Assembly: GCF_016433145.1 (NCBI RefSeq)
Contig: NC_058130.1
Coordinates: forward strand, 86,413,836 to 86,477,705
DNA: 63,870 nt
Source of the DNA: Gracilinanus agilis
Taxonomy: Eukaryota
Reading direction: 5' to 3'
Of the stretch, positions 13,140-25,401 are shown piece after piece. The stretch's first letter is position 1. Each line of letters begins with the position of its first letter. The position numbers and the translations under genes were made by a program. The notes below the pieces were generated by a model. The model worked only from the letters and a program-made list of their open reading frames with translations, was not told where the DNA came from and did not search any database.

Positions 13140-15130
13140 TTATATTTTATTTTAACATTTGTTTTTAAAATGTGTGAGTTCCCAATTATTTCCTTCCTCC
13201 AGTGTCTCCTCATACATTTTGAAGGCAAGCAAAACAATATCAATTATACACATGAAGTCATGCAAAACTATTTCCATATTAGCCATGTTGAAAAAAAAGA
13301 AAATTTAAGTGAAAAAAGTATGCTTCCATCTGCATTCAGAGTTCATCAGTTCTCTCTTTGTGAGTCCTTTGGAGTTGTCTTGGATCATTGTAATGTAGAG
13401 TAGCTAAGTCTTTCACAGTTGTTACAATGTTGCTGTTACTGAGTCCAATATTGTCCTGGTCCTGCTCACTTCACTTTGTCTCAATTCATAGAGTTCTTCC
13501 CAGGTTTTTCTGAAACCATCCTGCTTATCATTTCCTATAGCACAATAGTATTCTATTATAATCATAGACCATTACTTGTTCAGTCATTCCTCAATTGATG
13601 GGCATCTCCTCAAATGCCTATTCTTTGCCACCACAAAAAGAGCTGCTATAAATATTTATATATAAATATTTTGTGCATTTCCTTTTTCTTTGATTTCTTT
13701 GAAATTCAGATTTATTAGTGGTATTTATGGGCCAAAAGGTATGCACTTTGATGGCCCTTTGGGTATAGTTCCAAATTGTTTTCCAGAATGCTTAGACCAG
13801 TTCACAATTCCATCAACAATTTATTAGTGTACCTATTTTTTCATATTCCCTCCAGCATTTGTCATCTTCCCTTTCTATCATGTTAGCCAATCTTGGAGTT
13901 ATTTTAGTTTTCATTTCTCTAATCAATAATGATTTAGAGTTTTTTAAATGTGACTATTGCTCGCTTTGATTTCTTCTTGGAAAAAAAAAAACTGTTCAAA
14001 ACCTTTGGCCATTTATCAACTGAGGAATGGCTCTTATTTTTATAAATTTGGCTCAGTTCCCTAAACATGTGAGAAATAGAGCCTTGATTAGAAAAATATG
14101 CTATTAAACTACTACTCCCCATTTCCTGCTTTCCTGGTTCCAATTTTGGTTGTGTTGATTTTGTTTGTGCAAAATCTTTTTAATTTCATGTAATCAAAAT
14201 TATGTTTTACTTCCTGTGATCCCTGCTACCTCTTCCTTAGTCATAAACTCTTCCCTTAGTTAAAATGTAAATCTTTCCATGCTTCCTCCTAATTTGCTTA
14301 TATTACTTCTTAGGTCTAAATCATGCACTCATTTTGGTATATTTTTATGTATACATATAAAAGTATACCTATATATATATTTTTTTTTCTAATTCTACAA
14401 AGTAATCCTTAAAATTTGGATACTTCAGTTTATTAAACATTAGGTTACTATGGTCATTTACTACTTCAAATATAGTAAATCTATTGCACTATTTCATATA
14501 TTCCATTGATTCATTGAGTATTGATTATTTTTTTTGCCAGTACCAGATTGATTTGATGACTACCCACTTTGGAATATAATTTGAAAACTGATACTACTAG
14601 ATTACCTTCCTTCACTTTTTTTCAAATGATTCCCTTGATATTCCTGATCTTTTTTCTTTCAGGTGAATTATGTTATTATTTTTTCTAGCTCTGTAAAATA
14701 ATTCTTTGGCAGTCTGATTGGTATGACACTGAATAAGTAAATTAGGTAAAATTGTTCTTTTTATTATATTGGCTGGGCCTAGCCATGAACAATTAATATC
14801 TCCCCAATTATTTATATATGCCTTTATTTTTGTCAAAAATGTTTTTGTAATTGTGTTTATCTAGTCCCTGGGTTTGTCTTGGCTGAAACACTCTTAAGCA
14901 TTTTATATTGTCTGCAGTTATTTTAAATGGAATTTTTATTTCTATCTCCTCCTGCTGGATTTTGTTGTAGCATATAGAAATGCTGATGATTTATGTGGGT
15001 TTATTTTATATCCTGCAATTTTGCTAATGTTAATTGTTTCTAGTTTTTTGTTTGATTTTCTAATGTTCTCTTAATATATCATCAAAACATCTGTAAAGAG
15101 TAATGGTTTTATTTCCTCATTGTCTATTCT
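13140..15130 (-). mobile_element. MAR1/L1 3' fragments (antisense)
   Basis: Marsupial L1 3' end sequence; the - strand peptide (YINNWGDINCSWLGPANIIKRTILPNL...) is L1 ORF2-like. Confidence 0.8.
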
Positions 15131-15449
15131 TAATTCTTTAATTTCTTTTCCCTTTTTAATAGTGTATTTTCCCAATTACATGCAATAACAATTTGCAATA
15201 TACATTTTCTGAAATTATAAGATCCAAATTGTTTCCCTCCTTTTCTTCTCTCTTTTCCTCCCTGAGATGGTAAGCAATTTGATCTGAATTGCATAACAGA
15301 TTTCCATATTGGCCATTGTTGTGAGAAAATACTTGTATAAAACCAAAACCTAAAAAATTAAAACACAAAGTGTTTTAATCTGCATTCAGACTCTTTCACT
15401 GGAGATGGACAGCATTTTTAATCTTAAGTCCTTCAAAATTGTCCCAGAG

Positions 15450-15652
15450 CAGTGATGGGCAAACTTTTTAAAGAGGGGCCAAAGGGAAGGAAATACTCCT
15501 CTGTCAGTCTGTTTCTAAGGCAACTCTTTCAAAGTTTCATTGTATTGTATCCTACTCATTGTATGCGTCAGATTAAGAATAATGTCGGGCAGCCAGATAG
15601 AACATTTCAGGGGGCCACATCTGGTCCACAGGCCGTAGTTTGCCCATCACTG
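15450..15652. mobile_element. hAT (Charlie-type) MITE with 16-bp perfect TIRs
   Basis: CAGTGATGGGCAAACT ... AGTTTGCCCATCACTG; inserted in a MAR1-like repeat; TSD degenerate (4/8). Confidence 0.85.
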
Positions 15653-16080
15653 CTCTAGATCATTGTACTGCTGGGAACAGCCAAGTCTTTCGTGGTTGAT
15701 CATTGTACAATATTACTGGTACTGTGTACAATGTTCTCCCAGTTCTGCTCACTTCATGTAGGCCTTTCCAGTTTTTTCTGAATTCATCTTGCTCATCATT
15801 TCTAATAGCACCATAGTATTCCATCACAATCATATATCACAATTTGTTCAGTCATTCCCCAATTAATGGACATTCTTTCAGTTTCTACTTTTTTTTCACC
15901 ACAAAAAAACTACTGTAGGAGGAGTGGTTCTCAAACTTTTGGGTTTCAAGACACCTTTATATTTGTAAAAACTGAGGACTCCAAAGAGCTTTTTTGTCTT
16001 ATTTTTTTAAACCTTTACCTTTCATACTAGAATCAATACCGAGTATTGGTTCTAAGGCAGAAGAGCAGTAAGGGCTAGGC

Positions 16081-16272
16081 CAGTGATTCCCAAAGTGGGT
16101 GCCACCGCCCCCTGGTGGGTGCTGCAGTGATCTGGGGAACGGTGATGGCCACACTATTTTTGTATTACATTCTATTTTGAGTTCAATAAATAGTTTCATA
16201 ATTTCCAGGGTGCGCTAAGTAATATTTTTTCTGGAAAGGGGGCAGTAGGCCAAAAAAGTTTGGGAACCACTG
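16081..16272. mobile_element. hAT MITE (MdoRep1-like as recalled) carrying a CTCF motif, copy 1
   Basis: TIRs CAGTGATTCCCAAA / TTTGGGAACCACTG; perfect 8-bp TSD GGCTAGGC (16073-16080 and 16273-16280); inserted in a SINE1 copy. Confidence 0.9.
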
Positions 16273-16721
16273 GGCTAGGCAATGGGAGTCAAGTGACTTG
16301 CCCAGGGTCATACAGCTAGGATGTATCTGAGACTAGATCTGAATCCAGGACCTCCCATCTCTAGGCCTGGCTCTCAATCCACTAAGCCCCATTCCAAAGA
16401 ACTTTTGATTATATGAATATGCTGACATCAGCTTGAACCAGCTTAGGAGATCTGATTGTTAAATTTTCAATGTGAATAATTACACCTTAAAAATTGGTAA
16501 ATGCTATAAATCATGATTTACCTTTTTGTTGTTGATTGTGTAGACTTAAGAATATGAAGGAGAGGGGGCAGCTGGGTGGCTCAATAGACTGAAAGCCAGG
16601 CCTAGAGACAGGAGGTCCTGGGTTCAAGTCTGACCTCAGACACTTCCTAGCTATGTGATCCTGGGTAAGTCGCTTAACCCCCACTGCCTACCCCTTACTG
16701 CTCTTCTGCCTTAGAGCCAGT

Positions 16722-17016
16722 TGTATTATTAGAATTTGCTCCCCAGGACTCTAAATCCCAGCTTCCCATGTTCCTTCTCACATTATGTACTACCATAGGG
16801 AAGATATAAGTTGAGTATAGTTCCAACCTCTTATGCTCTTTTCTGGGAAACGCTGTTTGTAGAGGTTGGGTGAGTGCCAGGCAAGAGAATTTCCCTTACG
16901 TGGTTTTTACTCAGGCTTTTACTTTTGTTCTTTTATTTCTTCAACTTCAAGTGATTATTAATAAACTTTATAAAATATAATACTTGGAGTTATTGGATAT
17001 TCATTTTAATCTTACC
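16722..17016 (+). mobile_element. Solo LTR (about 295 bp) nested in a SINE1
   Basis: Begins TGTATT and ends CTTAC(C); internal AATAAA near the 3' end; flanked by a (C)CAGT duplication; removing it restores the SINE tail. Confidence 0.75.
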
Positions 17017-17479
17017 CAGTACATAGGACTGATTCTAAGGTAGAAGGGTGTTTAAAATAAAAAAGAATATGAAGGAGAAAATATTGATAATGCAGAGTAA
17101 ACTCAAAAGCGTGCCCCAGATTTAGAGAGTAGGTTAAACATATATATATATATGTAAATATATATATGTATATAACCTAAATGTTAGGTTATATTTGTCA
17201 ATATTTATCATATTAGAAATTAAAACATCTCAGTATTATTATAAAAATGTTTTTTACCTTGAGGACCTTCCAAAAGGATGCTGGATACCCCCAGGAATCC
17301 ATGGACCACATTTTGAAAGCTACTGCATTAAAGTATACTGAGGTGAGGGGAGCTGACATAGTCGGACTTGTGTTTTTAGATGATCTCTCTGGTCACTTAA
17401 CTCCCATTGCCTACTTCTTATGACTCTTCTGCCTTGGAACCAATACACAGTACTGATTCTAAGATGGAAGGGAAGATTT

Positions 17480-19100
17480 TTTTTTTTAAATGGTGACCAC
17501 TTTGGCTGCTTAGTGGAAGACAGAATAAGGTCAAGAGGAAAGACATGGGACAGGGAGACCAATTAGGCTTTACAAAAGTCAAAGAGAGAGATGATTAAGG
17601 CCTCTACCAAGGTGGTGGCTCTGTGAGTGGAGATAAACATATGTCAGATGCTGGCTGTAAAGGTAAAATGACAAGATTTAACAGCAGTAACGATATTGAC
17701 TATAAATGAAAAGTTGAGAATGACACCAAGCATCTGCTCCTCAATAGTAATAAGAAAATTGGGAAGAGGGGAAAATTTAAGGGGAAAGAGAAGTTCTATT
17801 TCAGACATGCCAAATTTGAGATGCCTATGGGACATCCAATTTAAGATATTAAAAGGCTGTAGTTGGTGATATATTGGAGCTCAGGAGAGAGCTGGGGTTT
17901 GCTGTGAATAAAGGTAAGAGCTGACCCCCCTGGGGGGTTCATGAGATCACCAAATGAAATATCAGAAGGAGGATAAAAAATGTAGACCAGAGCTCTGAGG
18001 AACACTCAGTTAATGGGCATGCCTTCAATAAAGTATTCATCCAGGTGGTAGACCAGAAGAAAGCAGTGTCATAAAAACAGAGAGAGAAGAGTATCCAGAA
18101 GAGGGTGATCCAACAGTGTCAAAGCCTACAGTGAGGTCAAGAAGATTGAGGACTGAGAAAAGGCCATTAGATTTGGCAACTAAGACATTACTGATGACTG
18201 ATGAGAGTAGTTTCAGTCCAGTAATGAGACTGGAAGCCAGACTGAATGAGAAGTGAAAGTAAGTAAAGATGGCTTTTTCAAGGAGTTTAGCCCAAAACCT
18301 GGCAGGGATGGTGGGATTACATGAGAGGTTTTTTTAGGAGTAAAACATGAGTGTGTAGGTATATTGGTAGGTACATTTGATAGATGAGAATAAATTAAAG
18401 AAGAGAAATAGAAAAGAGGCACTATGTTAGAGAATATAGTAGGCGACAGGATCAAGGGTACTTGGAGTGAAGTTTACTTTGGCATCTTTATGTGATTTAA
18501 GGAGTGAAGGAGGAACTAGATAGAGGGAGATGTCAGAGTGATATGAGAAGAGAACGAGGGAATAAGAGCTCTCAATGGCCTGTGTTTTATGAAATATGAA
18601 GATTCTCAGCTGATAGGATATGAGGAAGTGCTGCTATGGAGAGATGAAAAAGTTTGGAACAGCTGCTGTGTTGAGTGGGAAGAAATAAAAGGATTCTTTT
18701 GCTCTATGAGGGCCCAGTTGAGATTATATAGCATCAATTTGTAGTGGACCTAATCAATAGAGTTGTGATTTTCTCCAGCTCCTTTCCACAGCACATTAAT
18801 AGGAATGAAAGAGATAGAGGACAGCAGCAATTCAAGGTTAGGATTTGACAATGCACAATTTGCAGCAGAACAGAGGGAGAAGGGATCACCTATAGAGGAA
18901 TTAGAGGAAAGGGTAGAGCTGTACCACTTTATCACAAGGTCTAGATGAGGAAGGAAAGACAGTAGAGCCAAGGCAGAGTGGATGCCTGGGAAAGAAATGA
19001 GTGATGAAGGGAGTAGAGGGCACAATAAGGATGAAGAATACAGTTAGATAATCCCATGTTCTAATATTTTGAGCAACATTCCAATTCAATACCCAGATTC
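17480..19100 (-). mobile_element. L2 LINE fragment, about 1.6 kb
   Basis: Purine-rich L2 3' region pattern on the + strand; decayed ORF2-like peptides on the - strand. Confidence 0.7.
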
Positions 19101-19784
19101 ATTCTGGATCTAGCCAGTGAATGTCAATTTGAGCTGCTTAGTGTCTGTCATAAGAAAATTGCTATGTGGGTTTGGTGAGGCAGAAGGAACTTAACCGGTT
19201 ACAGGCCAAGCACCTCCTGATGACCAGCAGGATTACTGGAGCCTCCCATGAAGGCTATTTCTCCCACATGCCAAAGTGAAACTGAAAAAGCTGAACTGAT
19301 CATTTAGGCAGAGGCATGCTATTTTCCCATAGGCTTAAGGAAGACAGCATTTGAGTCAAATAACCAAAGGGGCCCAGGTTGAGTGGTAGAGGCAGTGCTT
19401 TAAATGTATTTTTTTGATGCATGAACTTTACTTCTATTGGAAAACTATCATTTTACTTCTATTTCTAAGACCACAGGCATGCTAATAAAAATCACTTTAC
19501 ATATGCCTCAGTACTTTGTTGACTTATTCCTCTAAAGAGTGACGACATGTTTATTTCAATGTCATATAGCAGTCTGTACTACTTTAAAGTATTTTTCTTT
19601 TTCTTTTTTTTTATTACATTATTGCACACAGGATTAAAGTATTTTTCTCTATTAAGTAGTATCCTTAAAAGGAAAGCAAATCTTTCCAGGCCCCCAAACT
19701 AAAATGAATCTAGGGAGAGGGTCCCTAGCCAAATTCCAAAGCAAAGCATATAGAGATACTCAATGGTGTTTAAAAAAAATCAAG

Positions 19785-19790
19785 TTTATT
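19785..19790 (-). terminator. PHF7: PHF7 polyadenylation signal AATAAA
   Basis: TTTATT on the + strand, about 370 nt past the PHF7 stop, followed by T-rich sequence on the - strand. Confidence 0.65.
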
Positions 19791-20159
19791 TACATATTAA
19801 CATATAGAGTTTGAGGTAGGAAAATATTGAGGGAGATCTAGGGGAGATTAGAATGACTCAGGAGAGATCACAGTAGAAGAAGAGAAAAAAATCCCTGAAA
19901 GTGAGGGAGAAAAAAAAATCAGAAGTACTCTGAGGGTCAGAACTACTATGAAAAAAGCCTACATAATGAATATGGTTGCTCCCATTTTTGAACCTAGAAT
20001 CCTCCCTCCTCTCAGAATGCAGGGGTCCCATCTCCTGGTCAATTCTTCTCATTGCTACCTTTCTATCCTCTTCCCAGAGCCCAGGAGTCCCATTTCTCAG
20101 CAAACACTAAAGAAAAAACCAGATCTACCTGGTGGTCCTTGGTACGTACTGATGATATC

Positions 20160-20383
20160 TTACTCCTTTTTTTTGCGGCATTTGGAGATTTTGACACGCT
20201 TTGCTCGCCATGTGGATCTTCTCCTTTCCCAACAGGAAGAGTCTGTTTTTTCTGGAGAGGACAGTTCTGAACTTTCTTGCAAAAAGGAGGGTCCTGGATT
20301 TTCTTCCTGGGAACTATTTTGCCCAGTCTCTCTGTAAAAATGCCTTCTAGGACTTAAGGTTTTACTGCAACCAGGGATTTCAC
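20160..20383 (-). CDS. PHF7: PHF7 last coding exon (GEIPGCSK...EENPG...WRAKRVKISKCRKKKE*)
   Basis: Acceptor aaatatag|GTGAAATC gives the correct phase; stop TAA at 20160-20162; basic tail resembles human PHF7. The summed CDS is 1125 nt (374 aa) with no internal stop. Confidence 0.88.
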
Positions 20384-20647
20384 CTATATTTTTAAATATA
20401 CAACATATATTAAAAGAGATGTGTGAAATGAAAGTCTAATTTTTGTAGGCCAATACATTTCCCAGAAAGCCAACTAGGGAGTTCCAAATTAAGGAGTATG
20501 AACTCCAAGTTCCCTGGTCTCTGCTAGGCCATGTTTCTTTCCCAGTAAACAACAGTCCTACCTCCTGTTTTGCTGTTGTTGTTGTTTTGTTCAGACCAAA
20601 ATTTATCCCAACCCCCAGAATAAAAGAATTCTGATGTCCAATCATAC

Positions 20648-20760
20648 CTGTTGATATACACTCTGCACATTCCCACTTCTTAGAGTTGCGCCTAAGAGAA
20701 GAACAACTTCTGTGGGTTCCTTGGGATCCACAAGTGGTACACAAAATGAGGCTCCACCTC
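20648..20760 (-). CDS. PHF7: PHF7 coding exon 9 (113 nt, [37 protein letters not shown])
   Basis: Canonical AG/GT; C-terminal PHD finger. Confidence 0.95.
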
Positions 20761-21083
20761 CTAGAAAGAGAACCAAAAAGGGGTTTTTATTGGTGCTACT
20801 CTTAAGACCAGACTGGAAAGAAAAGATACTAGGCTACTAATTTTACCAATAAATAAAATGGAAATTTGCATTATGAGATAAAGGGGCCTGTCAAAAAGAC
20901 AGTTAAATGAGAGCCAGTGATTAAAGTGGGAAGGAACCTAAAAATCCTGTTTTCTGATGACTGTGAACATCACTGGAAGAGGCTGTGAAGCTTGGAGAAT
21001 GAGTTGAAGCTTATGCTTCTGGATACTGGTACTGAATAGGAATACAAGGGACTCAGTTAGATAAAAAGTAGCTTCCTACCTAC

Positions 21084-21200
21084 CCCTCACTCTCAAAGTT
21101 GTCTCTGCCATCTTTATAAAGGCAAATTGGAGCATCACAATGTTGATGGCGCTGGTATAATTCTGAGAAAGCTCCTGGCTCAAGTTCCCAGGCAGCATCT
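21084..21200 (-). CDS. PHF7: PHF7 coding exon 8 (117 nt, [39 protein letters not shown])
   Basis: Canonical AG/GT; conserved [11 protein letters not shown] motif. Confidence 0.96.
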
Positions 21201-21329
21201 CTGCAGAGAGAGAAGAAGTTGTGAACAAGGGATGCCCAGTGCACATCAGAGATTTGGAATTTCTGGCCATTTGGCCAGGAGCCAGGAGCTGAAGTGAGGT
21301 GAGGTAAGGTACTATACACACAGCAAATA

Positions 21330-22480
21330 ATTCAACAAACATTTATTAAGTGCCCACCATGTAAGAGGCACTATGCTAGGCAGAGGAGATACAAAGACAA
21401 GAATGAACATGGTCCTTACCCTCTAGGAGCTTACATTCTACTTGGGAGGAATAGCACATACATAAATAAACATATATTATGTTCAAAGTACAAAGTCATT
21501 TTGGGGTGAGAAGAGGAAAGTTCTCTTATTAAAAAGAGAATTTCAATTGAGTTCTGTATAGAGATTCTAAGAAGAAGAGGTGAGAAAGGAGATGGGACAT
21601 TCCAGTTAAGAGCCAGTGAAAAGACGTGGAGGCAGGAGATGGGACTTTCTGAATAGGGGACAGCCAGTAGGCCAATTTGGCAGGAACACATCACATTTGA
21701 GGTGCAGTAATGTGAGTCTGGAGAGAGAGAGGGTAGAACCAAATTGTAAATGGCTTTAAATGTAAAACAGAGCCTAGAGGCAATAAAAAATCATCAAAGT
21801 TTTTTGAGCAGGGGAGTGATATGGTCAGGCCTGTGCTTTGGAACTATCAATTTGGCACCTGTTTGGATGGTGGACTAGAAAGACTAGAGGTTGAGCAACA
21901 AATCAAAAGGCAATTGCAGGAGAGAAGTGATGAAGGCTGGAATTAGGGTGGTATGAATTCTAAGGGCAGAGGAAGATTCAACAAGAATTAGCATAGATTG
22001 TTTGAGGGAGGGTAAGTGAGATTGAAGAATTAAGGATGATTCCTAATTTGTGAACAGGATGATTCAAAGAATGGTAGTGTTTTGGACAAGAATTGGGAAG
22101 GAATTAAGAGGAAAAGATAATGAATTCTGTTTGAGCATGTTGAATTTACAAGCCTATAGGTTATCCACATTGGGAGGCAGCCAGCTGCTGGTGACATGGG
22201 ACTGGAGTCAGAAGAGAAATGTGGAATGGGTATGTCAATTTAGGAGTAATTTTCATAGAGATAATAAGTGGAAGCATGAGACCAAATAAGACAAACAATG
22301 TAGGAAGAGAGAAGAGGGGAGTGAAGTGAAGAAAAGAAGAAAAGACCAGGAAGAGAGTAGAGAGGAGTGGAGCCCACATAGGGAGTGGAACATGGATAGT
22401 GTTCCATGGATGATGCAGCAAAGGAGACCCAGAAGGAGGGAGAAGAACTGGAAGAGGACTTAGTAAATGCTTGCTGAAAA
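21330..22480 (-). mobile_element. L2 LINE fragment
   Basis: caacaaacatttattaagtgcccaccatgt L2 3' end signature followed by L2 body. Confidence 0.75.
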
Positions 22481-22722
22481 AAATGGTACAATGCTTAGGG
22501 GGAGGGGCTGGGGAAAGGACAGAATTTATGCCAATAACCCCGTGAGTGGGAATGGAGGGCTTAGCATGCAAACCATTTCAAAATAGGTGCTCCTTCCCTT
22601 TAATCAGAGCCTTTCTCATTGCAGTCTATATATCTATGCTACTTCCTAATCCCTTACACTGCCCTCTGGCAATTGAGACATCTGCTCCTGAACTAGGTTT
22701 CTGTCTTAAAGGTTCCTGTTAC

Positions 22723-22829
22723 CTGTCTGGGATATGTATTCCCATTCTTAACATTTCTTTAGGAAATTCCTCTCGATTATTACACTGAGGACATTTGAAG
22801 AAATGCTTTGCTGATGAATGGGCATATTT
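22723..22829 (-). CDS. PHF7: PHF7 coding exon 7 (107 nt, [35 protein letters not shown])
   Basis: Canonical AG/GT; nearly identical to the human peptide. Confidence 0.96.
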
Positions 22830-23453
22830 CTGTAAAAAAAACAGGGGTAAAGACTCATGAACACCTTCTATACATATATATACCCTAGAACCACCACCAC
22901 AGAACAATGATAAAGCCTAGTGGACGACCTAGTTGGGGGACTTGGTGGAGCTGGTCACAAATGGGGAGGATCTTAGCTATTATCATCTATGCTTAAGAAT
23001 TTAGGTGGGGGGAAGTGTGTGTTCTGGAAGCCCAACTGTCTGACTTAGAAACAAGGGTGCCCTCTAGCTAATATCAGCTTTCATCCCTAATCCTGGAGGC
23101 CTGTGCAGTTGTGGTCCTCACTGGATCTAACTACCTGAATAGCTATATTCCTATCCTTTTCATCTCTGGAGGCTGAGTTCTGGAACTATTCTGTGGGTGT
23201 TTTTAGTTAAGCATCTCTTTTAAACATTTAGCATAGTCCTGGAAATAGTCTGGCTATGTGTGGGTCTTAGAGACCAAGGTCTGAAGCTCCCGAGTCTGCT
23301 CCCTGGCCTGCTAGTCTGGGCCAAAACCACACAGGCCTCCAGAGTTGGGGAGAAGGCTGATGTTTACCTGGGCATTCACTTGGATGCTTTTGCTTCCAGG
23401 TCAGACAGTGGTAGAGGCCTCAGGGGGAGCCTGAGGCAGGTAAAGCTCCCCAC

Positions 23454-23613
23454 CTGTATACACTTCCGGTGGTATATCATACGACTACAGCATGGACTCT
23501 GAATATTATCATCATTTCCTCCAGATAAGCTTTCACAACATAAGATGCAGTCATCCTCTGCCCGTTTCTCTGGTTGAATGTCCTGTGTTGGACGATGTTT
23601 TTCACAAAAGGAT
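23454..23613 (-). CDS. PHF7: PHF7 coding exon 6 (160 nt, [13 protein letters not shown]...CILCCESL...[15 protein letters not shown])
   Basis: Canonical AG/GT; start of the RING-like finger. Confidence 0.95.
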
Positions 23614-24289
23614 CTGTAACAGAGGAACCAGACTAGGTTTCTAACAGTATGGGACAGGATATATTAAGTGTTTCTAAGCAAACTCTAAGTTCTTAAACTT
23701 TGGGAGTATTTTGTACATCCCTTTTAAAATCTGTATTTTTTTAAAGTAAAATATTAGTTGTTAAATTTCTATTATTTAGTTGAACAAAACTAATTCCTGC
23801 ATTCACTTAAAAAAAAACTCTCAAACTACATACTGAGTCTATAAGCTTTCTATCTATCTAGAGTCAATACTATGTATCAGTTCTAAGGCAGAAGAGTGGT
23901 AAAGCTCTGAGTAATGTAGGTTAAATGACTTGCACGGGGTCACCCAAGTAGAAAATATCTGAGGATAGTTGAACTTTGACCCTGTCCAGGTCTCCCTAGC
24001 TGCCCCCAGTTATGTTGATCAGAATTCCCAAGTCTTTCAAAGTTGTTTATCTTTTCAATATTTTTGTTTAAATTATTCTCCTAGTTCTGCTTGCTTCACT
24101 GTAACAATTCATACAAATCTTTCCAAGTTTGTCTAAAACTCCTTTTATAATTTCATATAGCAATAGAATTCCATAACATTCATATACTATAACTTGTTCA
24201 ATCTTTCCCTAATTGATAGGCACCTCATCTGTTTCTAACTCCTTTTTGCCCCCCTCCCAAAAGAGCTGCTAAGAATATTTTTAGAAAAA

Positions 24290-24860
24290 GCTAGTAAGGA
24301 AGTATTTGTTCTGGTAAACAGTCTAGAACTATACCTTACCACCTTCAAAGGGACCTGTTTAATTGTACCTGCTAAAAATGCTGGGGACCCTGAGGCCTGA
24401 GTGGAAGGCTAAATGGGGTCAGCATGTGATCTTTCTAGCTCATGTATATAATGCCACCAAGAATGGCACTTTGGCTTTAATCTGGGCCTGCTTAAGTTTG
24501 GGCAACTGTTCAAACTTGCTTCTTGATATCTAGGATTTGGAATTTCAGAAGATGGAGAAGATGAGCAGCTTTACTACTAATAAGCTTCTTGGCTAACAGA
24601 TCATTTGAAGGAAATCTATGGTATTACTCTGTCAGAAACTCTGGCAAGGAAAGAGGTACACTTTGAAGTTGTAGTGCCCAGGGGAAGCACAAGGAGTGTA
24701 CACCAGTGCAGAGCTATCCTATACCGTACTTCAGAGCTTGGAAAATTTGCTAGTTTACAACATAGCCCCAAAGAATGGTTGGGGCCCATCCAAAAACAAT
24801 ATTGTACAGATAAATTGCCCACCAAAGAATCAGTTGTATCCTCTGGCAACCAAGATGAAA
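24290..24860 (+). mobile_element. Decayed Ty3/Gypsy integrase fragment
   Basis: Frameshifted peptides KQSRTIPYHLQRD (24316-24354), LLKMLGTLRPEWKAKWGQHVIFLAHVYNATKNGT (24369-24470), AQGKHK and YTVLQSLENLLVYNIAPKNGWGP match the Gypsy integrase core end and C-terminal region. Confidence 0.8.
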
Positions 24861-25189
24861 GAAGAAATGGAGAACCAACCAAGAAAAGTCCTATCATGCT
24901 CTATCTATTTACCAATTACAGATGGTTGATTGGAGCCAGATATTCCATGGAAAGGTTCCAAGTAATAATTTAGATGATGAGGAAACCTATAGGTGGGTAC
25001 CTTCTCAAGGGACAGAGAACCCTTCCAAGACTGGCCATGAGGCCTTCTTACCACCTGTGCTGTGCCTCGGTGAGGAATGGATGCAATGGCTATCCTTTTT
25101 CTAATACTCCAGCTGTGAAAGCTCCAAGGAAAAGACGCTGCATCTAGAGCCTGACTTATTAGGTGCTAGATTTACTAATTGTATTTACT

Positions 25190-25401
25190 AATAAATTACC
25201 TACTGGGTTAGATTCTTATTTCCTTATTTTCCTCTCTCTCTTCTTAATTGTAAATAAACTTCCATAAAAGTCAATTTTGACTTGAGATTATTCTATATAA
25301 TAAATATTATGTAATATATAAAAATAATATATAATAGTTCAATCCTCTGGTGACCATCTTTTAATATATTGAACCCAAAAAAACCCCTTTCCCCCCTTAC
25401 A
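25190..25401 (+). mobile_element. 3' part of an LTR (AATAAA ... CCCCTTACA end)
   Basis: PolyA signal followed by an R/U5-like tract ending in CA; same orientation as the integrase fossil; 5' boundary not resolved. Confidence 0.55.

Noticed and set aside
19948-20337. 129-aa plus-strand ORF
   Set aside because: Antisense shadow of the PHF7 last exon and 3' UTR.
24605-24973. 122-aa ORF as an intact gene
   Set aside because: The Gypsy-like motifs lie in other frames and are frameshifted; this is an off-frame reading of the fossil.
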